NCBI GenBank assembly: GCA_964582615.1
Contig: CAZORP010000002.1
Span: 38,865 to 102,864, forward strand
Direction: 5' to 3'
Origin: an uncultured Gammaproteobacteria bacterium
GTDB lineage: Bacteria; Patescibacteriota; Patescibacteriia; UBA9934
Length of the DNA stretch: 64,000 bases
Part shown: positions 38,901 to 47,358 of the stretch, piece by piece
Layout: each line of letters starts with the position of its first letter
Position numbering within the stretch: position 1 is the first letter of the stretch
The notes under the pieces: generated by a model
Told to the model about the DNA's origin: nothing
The model's database searches: none
What the model saw: the letters and a program-made list of their open reading frames with translations, nothing else
Made by a program: the position numbers and the translations under genes

Positions 38901-39296
38901 GTTATACGAGGACTAAATCCTTTAGAGAATGTTATTAACCACCTTTCAGCAAGGAGTTTTTTCACGGCATTTATAAAATATGCAAACGAACTCGCTCAAA
39001 GATCGGGAAGGGTCTTGGCTATTGTTATTGATGATCATTGTGGAGGATCGTCTACAAATAGACCTGTCATGTATGAGCTTCTTGCGAGTTTGCGAAGTTC
39101 GCTTGAGAAGGTGACGCTCAAATCGCCTCAAGATACCACGTTTAATGGTTATAACATTGTTAACGAAACATATTTTGTTTCAGAGGAACTCCTAGGGGAT
39201 CAAAATGACTATTCTTATGGTAGAGAATTTCCTGGATTTGGGAAAATGAAGGAGATTTTTCCTAAAGATTTTTCTCTAAAACCTCAAGCTCGTTAA
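35982..39296 (+). CDS. Large (1104 aa) orphan cytoplasmic protein rich in K/E/F/N/L/I, probably alpha-helical; no recognisable family
   Basis: Single uninterrupted ORF, A+T-richer than the neighbouring genes, no signal peptide. The C-terminal third carries Cys/His motifs (SDACWAGKYG, VIDDHCGG). Confidence 0.6.
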   Translation: MQEKERSSKRFEVKLGLQEVAENEEEQKLKIDGLVDALFLAIEKNDPYFQTSFARSEMTHIMNGLFSPRDREYFLVGVLKKNPELALGFGKFFQESESIVLKYLCDENLDESTRLRISEAAIGAFDVIHNIRLLEAIEKQLSFESLWRFRKKFGYSDESFVRMHGVISFIRNRFFSDIPSWLREEIKRKSLEVIVYSDEFIFWEIMDNLENIGISHDEIYDKFASKGKLHVLAPYVKLFSREKHEGILESCLKHDKHSLNKYWQNFYIHDLRKFLKRVLDLDCEIFGFDARSFSSFFSRRQEFFHEEESHAEGYSHDLQGEYEACINFFIESSLPKEFFEFCKLQKIHIQEDWIKRIAEKYKGDLFIIQNLPMLRHIRKLPEISSLSIHEFLDSYFRYNLGEAPIVEIFLRRHDFPELVTNETFLAYFGNTKFFWKNFEALDIPNKEKFLRVSYISDALLEHFEALNEPTKKILVRNLLDECLHHQGLINIENFFQNEEKRKYLSDKDIVDVIFGNDTRFYWSQDFLQDLLMSRRNSKELAQKILEGNLSEGRQEEEWNAYTINFILTNFEVKIHDKPFLFCKENIGNFFSKKTYHAVKDIFLGKKDSEACADFCITESGDKALLQLRKKIQEMKLRMYNPNFLDKDLFENNVYLEIFKNAVRFSEAQFHGDNPTIHRIISNFYNAESLGEVKSLDPYYQYNLSEKVERLRTVKVEDFSDGSRVRYGYLKSRIMAAGELAKRSDIFSFSVKKIEEKISHEIKRLNDLLEKLKNPIARENVFKKILDLQNIKLRSLESFQENFHKICSENIANDDVLEMLFAYALRKVPDNQSPLIALRGSKSPSIEDMSRVVEFCEHVVVDMVWKRFFTQKEYRKTLFGIANCNALTDEIVRSQNAESRGFIDMEFFATRGILMEFSGHFSDACWAGKYGSIAKNFPNMFTSVFVQNKGTKYERIVGCSMFIETVAVDGTPLLVIRGLNPLENVINHLSARSFFTAFIKYANELAQRSGRVLAIVIDDHCGGSSTNRPVMYELLASLRSSLEKVTLKSPQDTTFNGYNIVNETYFVSEELLGDQNDYSYGREFPGFGKMKEIFPKDFSLKPQAR

Positions 39297-39525
39297 GGTA
39301 TTTAGGCGCTTTTCGTGGTGAAGATTTTGCGCTGAAGCTGGGAGATGATGGGTGAAATCCGAAAATTCTTCTGGAAATCTGATAGACATATTTGCAGCGA
39401 GTCTTTATAAGGCAAGATGAAATCTTGCTCTTGCAGGTAAGAGCTTGTGTATCTATGCTTGTGGTTGAAATGGTAAAATGCAAAATTAATATAAATATTG
39501 AAAAGTTTTTTACACAAAAATAACC

Positions 39526-39768
39526 ATGAATCATCCCCATAAAACATCAGCGGAAATAAGATCTTTTCTTCATGAGTACAGTCTTGAAAAGATTTGGGAA
39601 ACGCTCACGCCGCTTGGAAGAAATGAATATCTTTGCTGGATTGGTTCGGCAAAACAGGAAGTAACTCATCTCAAGCGACTTCATCGTTTAAAAAGCGATC
39701 TTCTTTCAGGAAAACGTCGTCCTTGTTGTTGGCCGGGGTGTCCTCATCGAGAAAAGAATGGAACATAA
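39526..39768 (+). CDS. Small protein resembling the YdeI/OmpD-associated (DUF1801-like) family
   Basis: NEYLCWIGSAKQEVTHLKRLHRLKSDLLSGKR pattern with a C-terminal CCWPGCPHR. Confidence 0.45.
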   Translation: MNHPHKTSAEIRSFLHEYSLEKIWETLTPLGRNEYLCWIGSAKQEVTHLKRLHRLKSDLLSGKRRPCCWPGCPHREKNGT

Positions 39769-39795
39769 AAACCAGCAAAATTCGCTGGTTTTTAT
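39767..39795. terminator. Bidirectional terminator hairpin, copy 1
   Basis: aaaaACCAGCaaaattcGCTGGTtttttat, immediately after the stop codon. Confidence 0.55.
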
Positions 39796-39951
39796 AGAGT
39801 AGTAACAGGAATGTGACTAGATGATCATCCAGCCGCCATCGCATCCATGTCCAAGGATTGGGAAGGAAAACATAGGTTTTTGTTTAAAAATAAGTGTGGG
39901 ATAGTAACGCGAGTATCGTAATATGGGAAAATATCTATCGTCAACAATGAA

Positions 39952-39980
39952 AAAAACCAGCAAAATTCGCTGGTTTTTAT
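39952..39980. terminator. Bidirectional terminator hairpin, copy 2 (identical 29-mer)
   Basis: Exact repeat of the 39767-39795 sequence. Confidence 0.55.
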
Positions 39981-40080
39981 TATGGACGGAAGTCTGGCCA
40001 ATCACCGTCAATGTCCCAAAGAATAGGAATGAAAATCATATGTGGCTAATATTAGCAAAAAATAAACCTATTGTCAAAGA

Positions 40081-41520
40081 TTACCAGGTTGCTACAAGGC
40101 TATTTCCCCAAAGCGTGGCACCTTTTCTTGTGGCAAAAGTTCCTTGATCGCGAAGCTCTCCGGTAAGTCCTTGCATGATACGATACTTTGTTCCACAACC
40201 AATAAGTACATAAGACGTCGCCTGTATGGGGGTCGCTACACACGCGCCAAGGTTTTGCGGCATGGCATTGTAGCGAAATACCGATGTATCGCGATAGTGT
40301 ACAAGAATGGAGCCTTGATACATAGAAAATCCTACAATCGCTGTACTGGTTTTTGGATCTTCGAGAGAATATAGGGGATGAAGGCCATTTTCTTGGAGAG
40401 TATTCCACTCATCAGATCTTGCATCGCCATCATTGTCGCTTCCATCTCCTGAAAGTTCAATTTTTGCCGTATCGTAAAGATCGCTACTATTGGTTACGTA
40501 GCCTTGCGGAGGTGTGTTTTGGCAAAACGATCCCGATTGAAGAAGGTTTCCATAGCCGTCACCGTCACCATCCCTATAGTAGGTGACATTTGTTGCAATG
40601 GTGGCGTCGTTATCGTTGCAGTCATACGTCGCTGACACACCGTCCCCATCGGCATCAACAGGTGCAACGCATGGTGTGGGAAAATCTTTATACGTAAAAA
40701 TATGACCAGCGTCATCTGCAATGGTAACGGTTGAGAGTTCGGTGGTGCAATCGGTGACTACGGCGATACCTTCTTGGTCTGAAGACGGCATAGTGTATTC
40801 GGCGACTTCGTTTCCTCCCGTTGGGGAATATTCTTGAAGCATGTCCCAGCTGTCGTACACGCTGAAAATGCTTTGTGTATCAGGGTTGTAGTCAATCCCT
40901 GCGACATCAGTGTAATCCACTGAGGTCACGATGCCGCCTTTTGCGGTTACACCACCCTGAGCGTCGGGAATAAACGCATAGAGATTGCCATCATTTTGCC
41001 ACCCACAAAGAAAAATTCCTCCCATGGGAGTTGTACCAAAAGCATGCTGTCCATCGGGGATCCACTCAAGTCCCTCAATGCCAAGGTTATTTGCATAAGA
41101 GAGATATGGACTTATATCCCACGTGGTTCCAGAGATCGTTTCGGTTGTAAGTGAAAATGCATGAATGACGTTGGTATTTTCATCGACAAGATAGACGGCA
41201 TCACCCGTGCGTTCGGGAATAGCGACTCCCTCAAGATTGAGTCCGGTATTCCAAATATGCTCTAAGGATCCGGTTTCGGTTATTTCCGCAAGATTTCCTC
41301 CGTCATCAGCAACGAAAAACGTTTGACGGTCTTTGTGCCAACTTATGCCGCTTGGTTCAAATCCACTGTCGTAAGCGAGAATATCCTGCGATATGTCGGT
41401 TCCTGAAGTGTCCCACGTTGGCCAAGCTGATGGACTTATGGCTTGTGCGTGAAGCGTAGGAAGTAATGTGCAGAGTGTCAGCAAGAAAGATGTCACTCGT
41501 GAAAAATGAGAGATATGCAT
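40081..41520 (-). CDS. Secreted protein: predicted beta-propeller (SdiA-regulated/phytase-like) N-domain plus Asp/Gly-rich Cys-containing metal-binding-like repeats
   Basis: Signal peptide MHISHFSRVTSFLLTLCTLLPTLHAQA; DADGDGVSATYDCNDND and YYRDGDGDGYG motifs. Confidence 0.55.
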   Translation of the reverse strand: MHISHFSRVTSFLLTLCTLLPTLHAQAISPSAWPTWDTSGTDISQDILAYDSGFEPSGISWHKDRQTFFVADDGGNLAEITETGSLEHIWNTGLNLEGVAIPERTGDAVYLVDENTNVIHAFSLTTETISGTTWDISPYLSYANNLGIEGLEWIPDGQHAFGTTPMGGIFLCGWQNDGNLYAFIPDAQGGVTAKGGIVTSVDYTDVAGIDYNPDTQSIFSVYDSWDMLQEYSPTGGNEVAEYTMPSSDQEGIAVVTDCTTELSTVTIADDAGHIFTYKDFPTPCVAPVDADGDGVSATYDCNDNDATIATNVTYYRDGDGDGYGNLLQSGSFCQNTPPQGYVTNSSDLYDTAKIELSGDGSDNDGDARSDEWNTLQENGLHPLYSLEDPKTSTAIVGFSMYQGSILVHYRDTSVFRYNAMPQNLGACVATPIQATSYVLIGCGTKYRIMQGLTGELRDQGTFATRKGATLWGNSLVATW

Positions 41521-41597
41521 AACTGATAAGCATAGAGTAAAGAGTCCGCTTCGTCAAAATTTTCCTCATCAAGATAATCAAGTACAATACGAGCACT

Positions 41598-42482
41598 ATG
41601 CGTATTCGTAAAGCAATTATTCCCGTTGCAGGCATGGGCACGCGATTTCTTCCCGCAACAAAAGCTCAGCCAAAAGAAATGCTGACCGTCGTTGATAAGC
41701 CGGTTATTCAATACATTGTAGAGGAGGCGGTTTCTGCGGGTATCGAAGAAATTATTTTTGTTACAGCACTTGGAAAGCGTGCGATTGAAGATCATTTTGA
41801 TAGAAATTTTGAATTAGAATTTCGCCTCGAGCAGAAGCAGAAGCTCCGCGAGTTAGAAGGCATTCAAGCCATCGGAAAGCTTGCTAAGTTTGCATTTGTT
41901 CGTCAGCAAACTCCCATGGGCGATGGTCACGCGCTTTTGGCGGCACATCCTTTCATAGGAAAGGATGAGGCTGTTGCAGTACTTTTTGGTGATGACATTA
42001 TCTCGGGGGAGGTTCCCGCTATCGGTGAAATGATAGAAGAGTTTGAGCGTCGTGGATCTTGTAATCCCGTGGTTGCACTTCAGGAGGTTTCTCGTGAGGA
42101 TGTTCGTCAGTACGGTATTGTTGATGGTTCTCGCGTGAGTGATGATGTTGTTGAGATTCATAAGTTCATCGAGAAACCTTCTCCCGAGGAGGCTCCGTCG
42201 TGTCTTGCGGCGGTTGGAAGATACGTGCTTACACCCGAAGTTTTTACTCGACTTCTCACGCAGTCTCCCGGAAAGGATGGAGAAATTCGTCTCGCGGATG
42301 CTTTTTCGGGACTTCTTCGCGATGGACAGCAATTGTGGGGGAGAAGATTTTCTGGAAAGCGTTACGACTGTGGGAACAAGTTGCAGTTTCTTATCGCGCA
42401 AATAGAACTCGGATGTCGCCATCCTGAACTTGGAAAAGATCTTTCCGCATACCTTAAAAACATGAGCGGTGATTGCATATGA
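41598..42482 (+). CDS. galU: UTP--glucose-1-phosphate uridylyltransferase
   Basis: KAIIPVAGMGTRFLPATKAQPKEMLTVVDKPVIQY. Confidence 0.9.
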   Translation: MRIRKAIIPVAGMGTRFLPATKAQPKEMLTVVDKPVIQYIVEEAVSAGIEEIIFVTALGKRAIEDHFDRNFELEFRLEQKQKLRELEGIQAIGKLAKFAFVRQQTPMGDGHALLAAHPFIGKDEAVAVLFGDDIISGEVPAIGEMIEEFERRGSCNPVVALQEVSREDVRQYGIVDGSRVSDDVVEIHKFIEKPSPEEAPSCLAAVGRYVLTPEVFTRLLTQSPGKDGEIRLADAFSGLLRDGQQLWGRRFSGKRYDCGNKLQFLIAQIELGCRHPELGKDLSAYLKNMSGDCI

Positions 42483-43051
42483 CATTCTGGCTCTTGTTTG
42501 CGCTTTTTTTGTCCGTTGGAATGTTTATTGCCCTCGTTGGACTTTTTCTTTTATGGGCGATGAGTATTCTTGGTTCGTGGAAAGCGCCCTACGTTCCACT
42601 GCCAAAAGAAGCGCTTCCCGGCATTGTGGAAGCATTATCCATAGATCCCGGAAATGTAGTGTATGATATAGGGTGTGGCGATGGTCGCATTCTGCGTGCT
42701 TGCGCGGAACGATCTCCTCACGCAACGTATAAGGGTATCGAGCGTGCGTGGTTTCCTTACCTCATCGCGCGCCTTCATCGATCCCATCCTTCCGTTCTTT
42801 TCGTCCGGGGTGACGCAACGCTTGCGTCATTTACAGATGCACACCGCGTTGTGCTTTATCTGCTTCCCGGGTTCGTAGACGTCATTGGTGAAAAAATCCG
42901 TAGAGAATGTGCGCCAGGAGCGCGTGTGATTTCGGTGGATTTCCCCATAGCGTCATGGGTACCGGTACAGGTCATTGAACAGCGCCACCTGCCGCAGCGT
43001 ATGCGGGGAAGACTCATGTATGTGTACATCTTGGAAAAAGATTCAGCGTAG
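42473..43051 (+). CDS. Class I SAM-dependent methyltransferase with an N-terminal transmembrane helix
   Basis: VYDIGCGDGRIL motif I. Confidence 0.7.
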   Translation: MHMTFWLLFALFLSVGMFIALVGLFLLWAMSILGSWKAPYVPLPKEALPGIVEALSIDPGNVVYDIGCGDGRILRACAERSPHATYKGIERAWFPYLIARLHRSHPSVLFVRGDATLASFTDAHRVVLYLLPGFVDVIGEKIRRECAPGARVISVDFPIASWVPVQVIEQRHLPQRMRGRLMYVYILEKDSA

Positions 43052-44429
43052 CCTTACATCCATTATTATTGGATGTTCGTTGTTTGCCACCCTGGGAGCA
43101 GGTTGTGGTCAAACCTCGCAAAAGCCAGGATCTGCCGAGAAAGTGACACTTACCTATTGGAGGGTCTTTGATGGTGATGATGCGTTCGATGAAATAGTGA
43201 GTGCCTACGAGGCATTGCATCCGTACGTTACAATCGACTATCGCGTATTGCGATACGATGAGTACGAGAGTGCGCTTCTTCGTTCTTTGGCAAAGGGTGA
43301 GGGTCCGGATATGTTCACGGTGCACAATACGCACATTGGAGAGTATCGCGATTTGCTACTTCCCATGCCTGCGTCGGTTACGGTAAAGACACTTGAAACG
43401 GTAGGAAGTTTGCGAAAAGAAACCGTCCTTTCAGAGAAAAAGACAACCATGCCTTCCTTGCGAAGTATTCGTGAGAATTTTGTGGATGTCGTTGGTCAAG
43501 ACGTGATTTTTTCGGAAACTGATGATTCGGGAAAAGAAGAAGAGCGTGTTTATGGTCTTCCTCTTGCACTTGATACACTTGCCTTGTATTACGACAAGGA
43601 TTTGTTTAATGCTGCTGGAATTGCTGAACCTCCTGCTACGTGGTCGGATGTGAGTGATGTTGTCAAAAAAATGACAACCTACGATGATAAGGGCGAGGTT
43701 GTACAGTCTGCTCTTGGTATGGGTACCGGTGAAAATGTGGAGCGATCTGCCGACATCATGCAGGTGCTCATGATGCAGAATGGAACGCACATGGTTGACG
43801 ATCGTCAGCGCGTTGCCTTCCATGAAATTCCCGATACCATTGCAGATGGTGTATATCCTGGACTTGATGCAGTCCGTTTTTATACAGACTTCGCGAATCC
43901 AGTAAAAGACACCTATACATGGAACGATACATATCCTCGTAATCTCGAAGCTTTTGCTTCAGGATCTACGGCGATGTTTTTAGGGTATAGCTATCATGCT
44001 CCGCTTATTAAAGCGTTAGCGCCGGGAAAAAATATTGGCATTGCAAAGCTTCCTCAGATTGGAAGCGGTGCTAAAGAGGTAAATATTGCAAACTATTGGG
44101 TTGAAGGCGTTTCTCGTTCAAGTAAGCATCATGATGAAGCTTGGGATTTTCTTGCATTCGCAACCAGTCAGGACCATGTTCTTTCGTATCTTCAAGAAAC
44201 ACAGAAGCCTACCGCGCTTCGCGCACTCATTGATGATCAAATTGAAGATCCTGTGCTAAATCCGTTTGTGAGTCAGGTTCTTACTTCTCAAAGCTGGTAT
44301 CACGGTAATGATGCCGATGCTATGGAGGAGGCTTTTATTCAACTTGCTGAAATGGTACTTTCGGGAAACCGCAAGGCTGAAGACGCAATACAAAATGCGG
44401 CAAAAATTGTTGCCCAGACGTATAAGTAG
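43020..44429 (+). CDS. ABC transporter extracellular solute-binding lipoprotein (carbohydrate-type); start uncertain (43020 or later)
   Basis: Lipobox LGAGCGQ, then a family-1 SBP fold (TLTYWRVFDGDD...). Confidence 0.7.
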   Translation: MCTSWKKIQRSLTSIIIGCSLFATLGAGCGQTSQKPGSAEKVTLTYWRVFDGDDAFDEIVSAYEALHPYVTIDYRVLRYDEYESALLRSLAKGEGPDMFTVHNTHIGEYRDLLLPMPASVTVKTLETVGSLRKETVLSEKKTTMPSLRSIRENFVDVVGQDVIFSETDDSGKEEERVYGLPLALDTLALYYDKDLFNAAGIAEPPATWSDVSDVVKKMTTYDDKGEVVQSALGMGTGENVERSADIMQVLMMQNGTHMVDDRQRVAFHEIPDTIADGVYPGLDAVRFYTDFANPVKDTYTWNDTYPRNLEAFASGSTAMFLGYSYHAPLIKALAPGKNIGIAKLPQIGSGAKEVNIANYWVEGVSRSSKHHDEAWDFLAFATSQDHVLSYLQETQKPTALRALIDDQIEDPVLNPFVSQVLTSQSWYHGNDADAMEEAFIQLAEMVLSGNRKAEDAIQNAAKIVAQTYK

Positions 44430-44430
44430 T

Positions 44431-44991
44431 ATGCGTACATTACCTTCAAGACTTGCAGGTTTTGCCATAGGATCGTTACTCGCCGTATCAATACATACGC
44501 CTGTTTTTGCGCAGAGCAGCTCGGGTCCTATTGAAGCGAGCTATCAGAGCATCATGAAAAGTGGGATTATTTTTGGAAATATTTGTAGTGACGCACCTCC
44601 GGTTACAGGGGCCGATTCTTGCGCATGTCGTTCTTCTGGTCAGTGCTCCCTCACCGACCTTCTTCAGGTTGCGGTGAATATTATCAACTTTATTTTAGGA
44701 ATATCGGGATCTGTAGCGCTTGTGATGTTTGTTTATGGGGGATTTCTCTGGGTTTTTGCTCAAGGAAGATCCGAGTACATAGCAGAAGGACAGGCTACGC
44801 TTAAGCATGCCATTCTTGGACTTGCGATTATTTTTGGCGCCTATGCGCTCATCGCAATGACGCTACGCATGATAGGAGGACTCGATCCTTCAGGTGCCAG
44901 CCTCGAGAGCACTATTCAAAGTCTTGATGTTGAGGAAAATGGTGCCAAGCAGCCGCTTAATACGGACGAAATTTTTCAGACCACTCAATAA
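44431..44991 (+). CDS. Pilin-like small secreted membrane protein (TrbC/VirB2-like), paralog 1
   Basis: Signal peptide MRTLPSRLAGFAIGSLLAVSIHTPVFAQ, two hydrophobic helices around VYGGFLWVFAQG, Cys-rich loop. Confidence 0.6.
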   Translation: MRTLPSRLAGFAIGSLLAVSIHTPVFAQSSSGPIEASYQSIMKSGIIFGNICSDAPPVTGADSCACRSSGQCSLTDLLQVAVNIINFILGISGSVALVMFVYGGFLWVFAQGRSEYIAEGQATLKHAILGLAIIFGAYALIAMTLRMIGGLDPSGASLESTIQSLDVEENGAKQPLNTDEIFQTTQ

Positions 44992-45000
44992 ACAAGCATT

Positions 45001-45342
45001 ATGTATATACGCAAAATTCTTTCTCCGCTCATATCAGGAGTGCTCATTCTCGCACCTCTTATAACACACGCCGAGGTGGTGTACCTTATCAATCCACTTG
45101 GAGAAACCGATCCTCGTATTTTGATTGCTCGCATTATCAAGGCAATTCTTTCAATCCTCGGATCTCTTTCTCTTCTTATGCTCGTGTATGCGGGTGTCCT
45201 TTGGATTACCGCTCAGGGTGATGCTAAGAAGGTTGAACGCGGAAAGCACATTATGACATGGGTTGTTGCAGGAATTGCGCTCATTGCTGGGTCGTATGTC
45301 ATTGTAAACGCACTCATCGCGGCATTTACGACAGCCGCATAG
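45001..45342 (+). CDS. Pilin-like protein, paralog 2
   Basis: Signal peptide plus LLMLVYAGVLWITAQGDAKKVERGK...IAGSYVIV. Confidence 0.6.
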   Translation: MYIRKILSPLISGVLILAPLITHAEVVYLINPLGETDPRILIARIIKAILSILGSLSLLMLVYAGVLWITAQGDAKKVERGKHIMTWVVAGIALIAGSYVIVNALIAAFTTAA

Positions 45343-45416
45343 AGGGCAACCTTTCCTCAGGTTTTCAACAGAAGAAAAAAAGAAAGTGGTATACTCTTGA
45401 GGTAATTCTTTTTTCT

Positions 45417-45812
45417 ATGATGAAACGTCTTTTCCGCTTTTTTGTTAGCGCCGCACTCGGCGTTGCTTGTGCGCTTCCGTTTACGCGTATCGCGGCTCCT
45501 GTTTATGCCCAGCCTCTCGAAGCTGAAGATTTTCTCAATGAAGATTTTTCTGATGCCACGGGACTTGGTCAGGCTGATCTTCAAGAAACCATTGGAAACC
45601 TTATTCGTGTTGCTTTGAGTTTCTTGGGTGTAGTTGCGGTGTGTATCGTGCTTTATGGTGGATTTAAGTGGATGACTGCGGGTGGTAATGACGAAAAGGT
45701 TGGGGAGGCAAAGCGTTTAATGATCTCTGGACTCATTGGTCTTGCAATTATCATGTCTTCTTACGCGATTGCAAGCTTTGCGATTACCTCTATTCTTGAA
45801 GCTACGGCATAA
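45417..45812 (+). CDS. Pilin-like protein, paralog 3
   Basis: MMKRLFRFFVSAALGVACALPFTRIAAPVYAQ...VLYGGFKWMTAGGNDEKVGEAK. Confidence 0.6.
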   Translation: MMKRLFRFFVSAALGVACALPFTRIAAPVYAQPLEAEDFLNEDFSDATGLGQADLQETIGNLIRVALSFLGVVAVCIVLYGGFKWMTAGGNDEKVGEAKRLMISGLIGLAIIMSSYAIASFAITSILEATA

Positions 45813-45834
45813 GCGTGCCGCATGCAGGTCATGT

Positions 45835-46203
45835 ATGTCGGTAAAATCTCTTCTTTTCTGTGTTGCCATTGCCGTGCTTACGATGCCTGCATCGGTCTAC
45901 GCACAGCTTGGAACGCAAGATACGGGACTGCAGGCTACGGTACAAAGTGGTTATGGCGTTTCGGGCACTATTATTGGTCTTCCGGAATTTATTGGAAAAT
46001 ACATCATCAATCCGATACTTGGGTTATCGGGAACGATCATCTTCTTTTTAATGGCGTGGGCAGGATTCCTCTGGATGACCGCCGCGGGAGATACCAAGCG
46101 TGTTGAAAAATCAAAGATGATCCTTTCGCAGTGTGTTGTTGGATTGGTGATTCTTGTGGGTTCCTACGCGCTGACAAATTACCTTATCACAATCTTTGCG
46201 TAA
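45835..46203 (+). CDS. Pilin-like protein, paralog 4
   Basis: MSVKSLLFCVAIAVLTMPASVYAQ...AWAGFLWMTAAGDTKRVEKSK. Confidence 0.6.
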   Translation: MSVKSLLFCVAIAVLTMPASVYAQLGTQDTGLQATVQSGYGVSGTIIGLPEFIGKYIINPILGLSGTIIFFLMAWAGFLWMTAAGDTKRVEKSKMILSQCVVGLVILVGSYALTNYLITIFA

Positions 46204-46867
46204 TATGACGTTGCTGAAGAAAGGATTCCTCGTTCTTGCCCTTACTTTTGGAATTTCTCTTGGTGGAGGGGGTATCGCGCATGGTGTTGATTTAGGGTGG
46301 GGAAATCTCAATGAATCTGCAAATGAAGCTGGTTTGAGCGGTTCGGATAGTTTGACGGATATGGTGGCCCTCGTTATCAATTCTGTTTTGAGTATTTCAG
46401 GTGCACTCCTTTTTATCTACTTCATCTACGCAGGATTCCTCTGGATGACCGCCGCGGGAGATACTAAGAATGTCGACAAAGCAAAGACCATCATGCGCAA
46501 CGCTGTTGTTGGACTGGTTGTCCTCATGGCATCGTATGCACTCGCGCTTTTTGTTGCTAAGTCGCTTGGAATTAAGACTACGAGAATGACTGAGGTTGCC
46601 AGTGGTTCTGGACTGTCAACGAATGGAGAGCTTGTTCCATTTGTTGGAGATCTTATTGCAAAGCTCGTTTCATTTGCGGGAGTCATCGTTTTTATCATCT
46701 TCATTTACGCAGGATTCCTCTGGATGACCGCCGCGGGAGATACTAAGAATGTCGACAAAGCAAAGACCATCATGCGCAACGCTGTTGTTGGACTCGTGGT
46801 GCTTTTACTCGCATATGCACTTACGGATTTCGTTGTGACACTTCTTTCACAGGCAGAGGTTACATAG
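46196..46867 (+). CDS. Pilin-like protein, paralog 5, with a tandemly duplicated pilin module
   Basis: AGFLWMTAAGDTKNVDKAKTIMRNAVVGLVVL occurs twice. Confidence 0.6.
   Translation: MRNMTLLKKGFLVLALTFGISLGGGGIAHGVDLGWGNLNESANEAGLSGSDSLTDMVALVINSVLSISGALLFIYFIYAGFLWMTAAGDTKNVDKAKTIMRNAVVGLVVLMASYALALFVAKSLGIKTTRMTEVASGSGLSTNGELVPFVGDLIAKLVSFAGVIVFIIFIYAGFLWMTAAGDTKNVDKAKTIMRNAVVGLVVLLLAYALTDFVVTLLSQAEVT
46427..46515 (+). repeat. 89-nt direct repeat, copy 1 (identical to 46706-46794)
   Basis: Exact nucleotide identity read by eye; the 279-nt spacing preserves the reading frame. Confidence 0.85.
46706..46794 (+). repeat. 89-nt direct repeat, copy 2
   Basis: Identical to 46427-46515. Confidence 0.85.
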
Positions 46868-46929
46868 TCCTATCCACAGGATCGTGAATACAGAGAAAAA
46901 CATGTTACAATATCCCTATAAAATATTTT

Positions 46930-47316
46930 ATGAAAAATTGGAAACATCTCATCGCAGGCGCAGCGCTTGCAACGGCACCTTTAGCGGCTACGGTTCCAGC
47001 TTTTGCGGTAGGCAACATTGACCTCAATGATCAGCTTTCAAATGTTAACGACAATGCTGGATTCAATGATGGTCCTCTTACCGACACACTTGGTTCGCTC
47101 ATTAATGTAGCACTTGGACTTCTTGGTATCGTCTTCCTTCTCCTTACGCTTTACGCTGGATGGCTTTGGATGACGGCGGCGGGAGATGCAAAGAATACCG
47201 AAAAAGCAAAGAATATTCTTGTTACCGCAGTTGTTGGTTTGGTTATTCTTCTCTCCGCATACGCAATCTCGTCGTTCGTTATTGAAAATGTTACCAACGC
47301 AGTTAACGGAGCGTAA
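46930..47316 (+). CDS. Pilin-like protein, paralog 6
   Basis: Signal peptide plus TLYAGWLWMTAAGDAKNTEKAKN. Confidence 0.6.
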   Translation: MKNWKHLIAGAALATAPLAATVPAFAVGNIDLNDQLSNVNDNAGFNDGPLTDTLGSLINVALGLLGIVFLLLTLYAGWLWMTAAGDAKNTEKAKNILVTAVVGLVILLSAYAISSFVIENVTNAVNGA

Positions 47317-47327
47317 TACGCGTTCAG

Positions 47328-47358
47328 TAAAAAAACTGGCATCATGCCAGTTTTTTTG
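47328..47358. terminator. Bidirectional terminator
   Basis: aaaaaaCTGGCATcATGCCAGttttttt. Confidence 0.6.

Noticed and set aside
39817-40147. Short ORFs (39817-40011 -, 39923-40147 +) between and over the duplicated terminator hairpins
   Set aside because: They span terminator structures and overlap the 3' end of the convergent gene. No coding signal.
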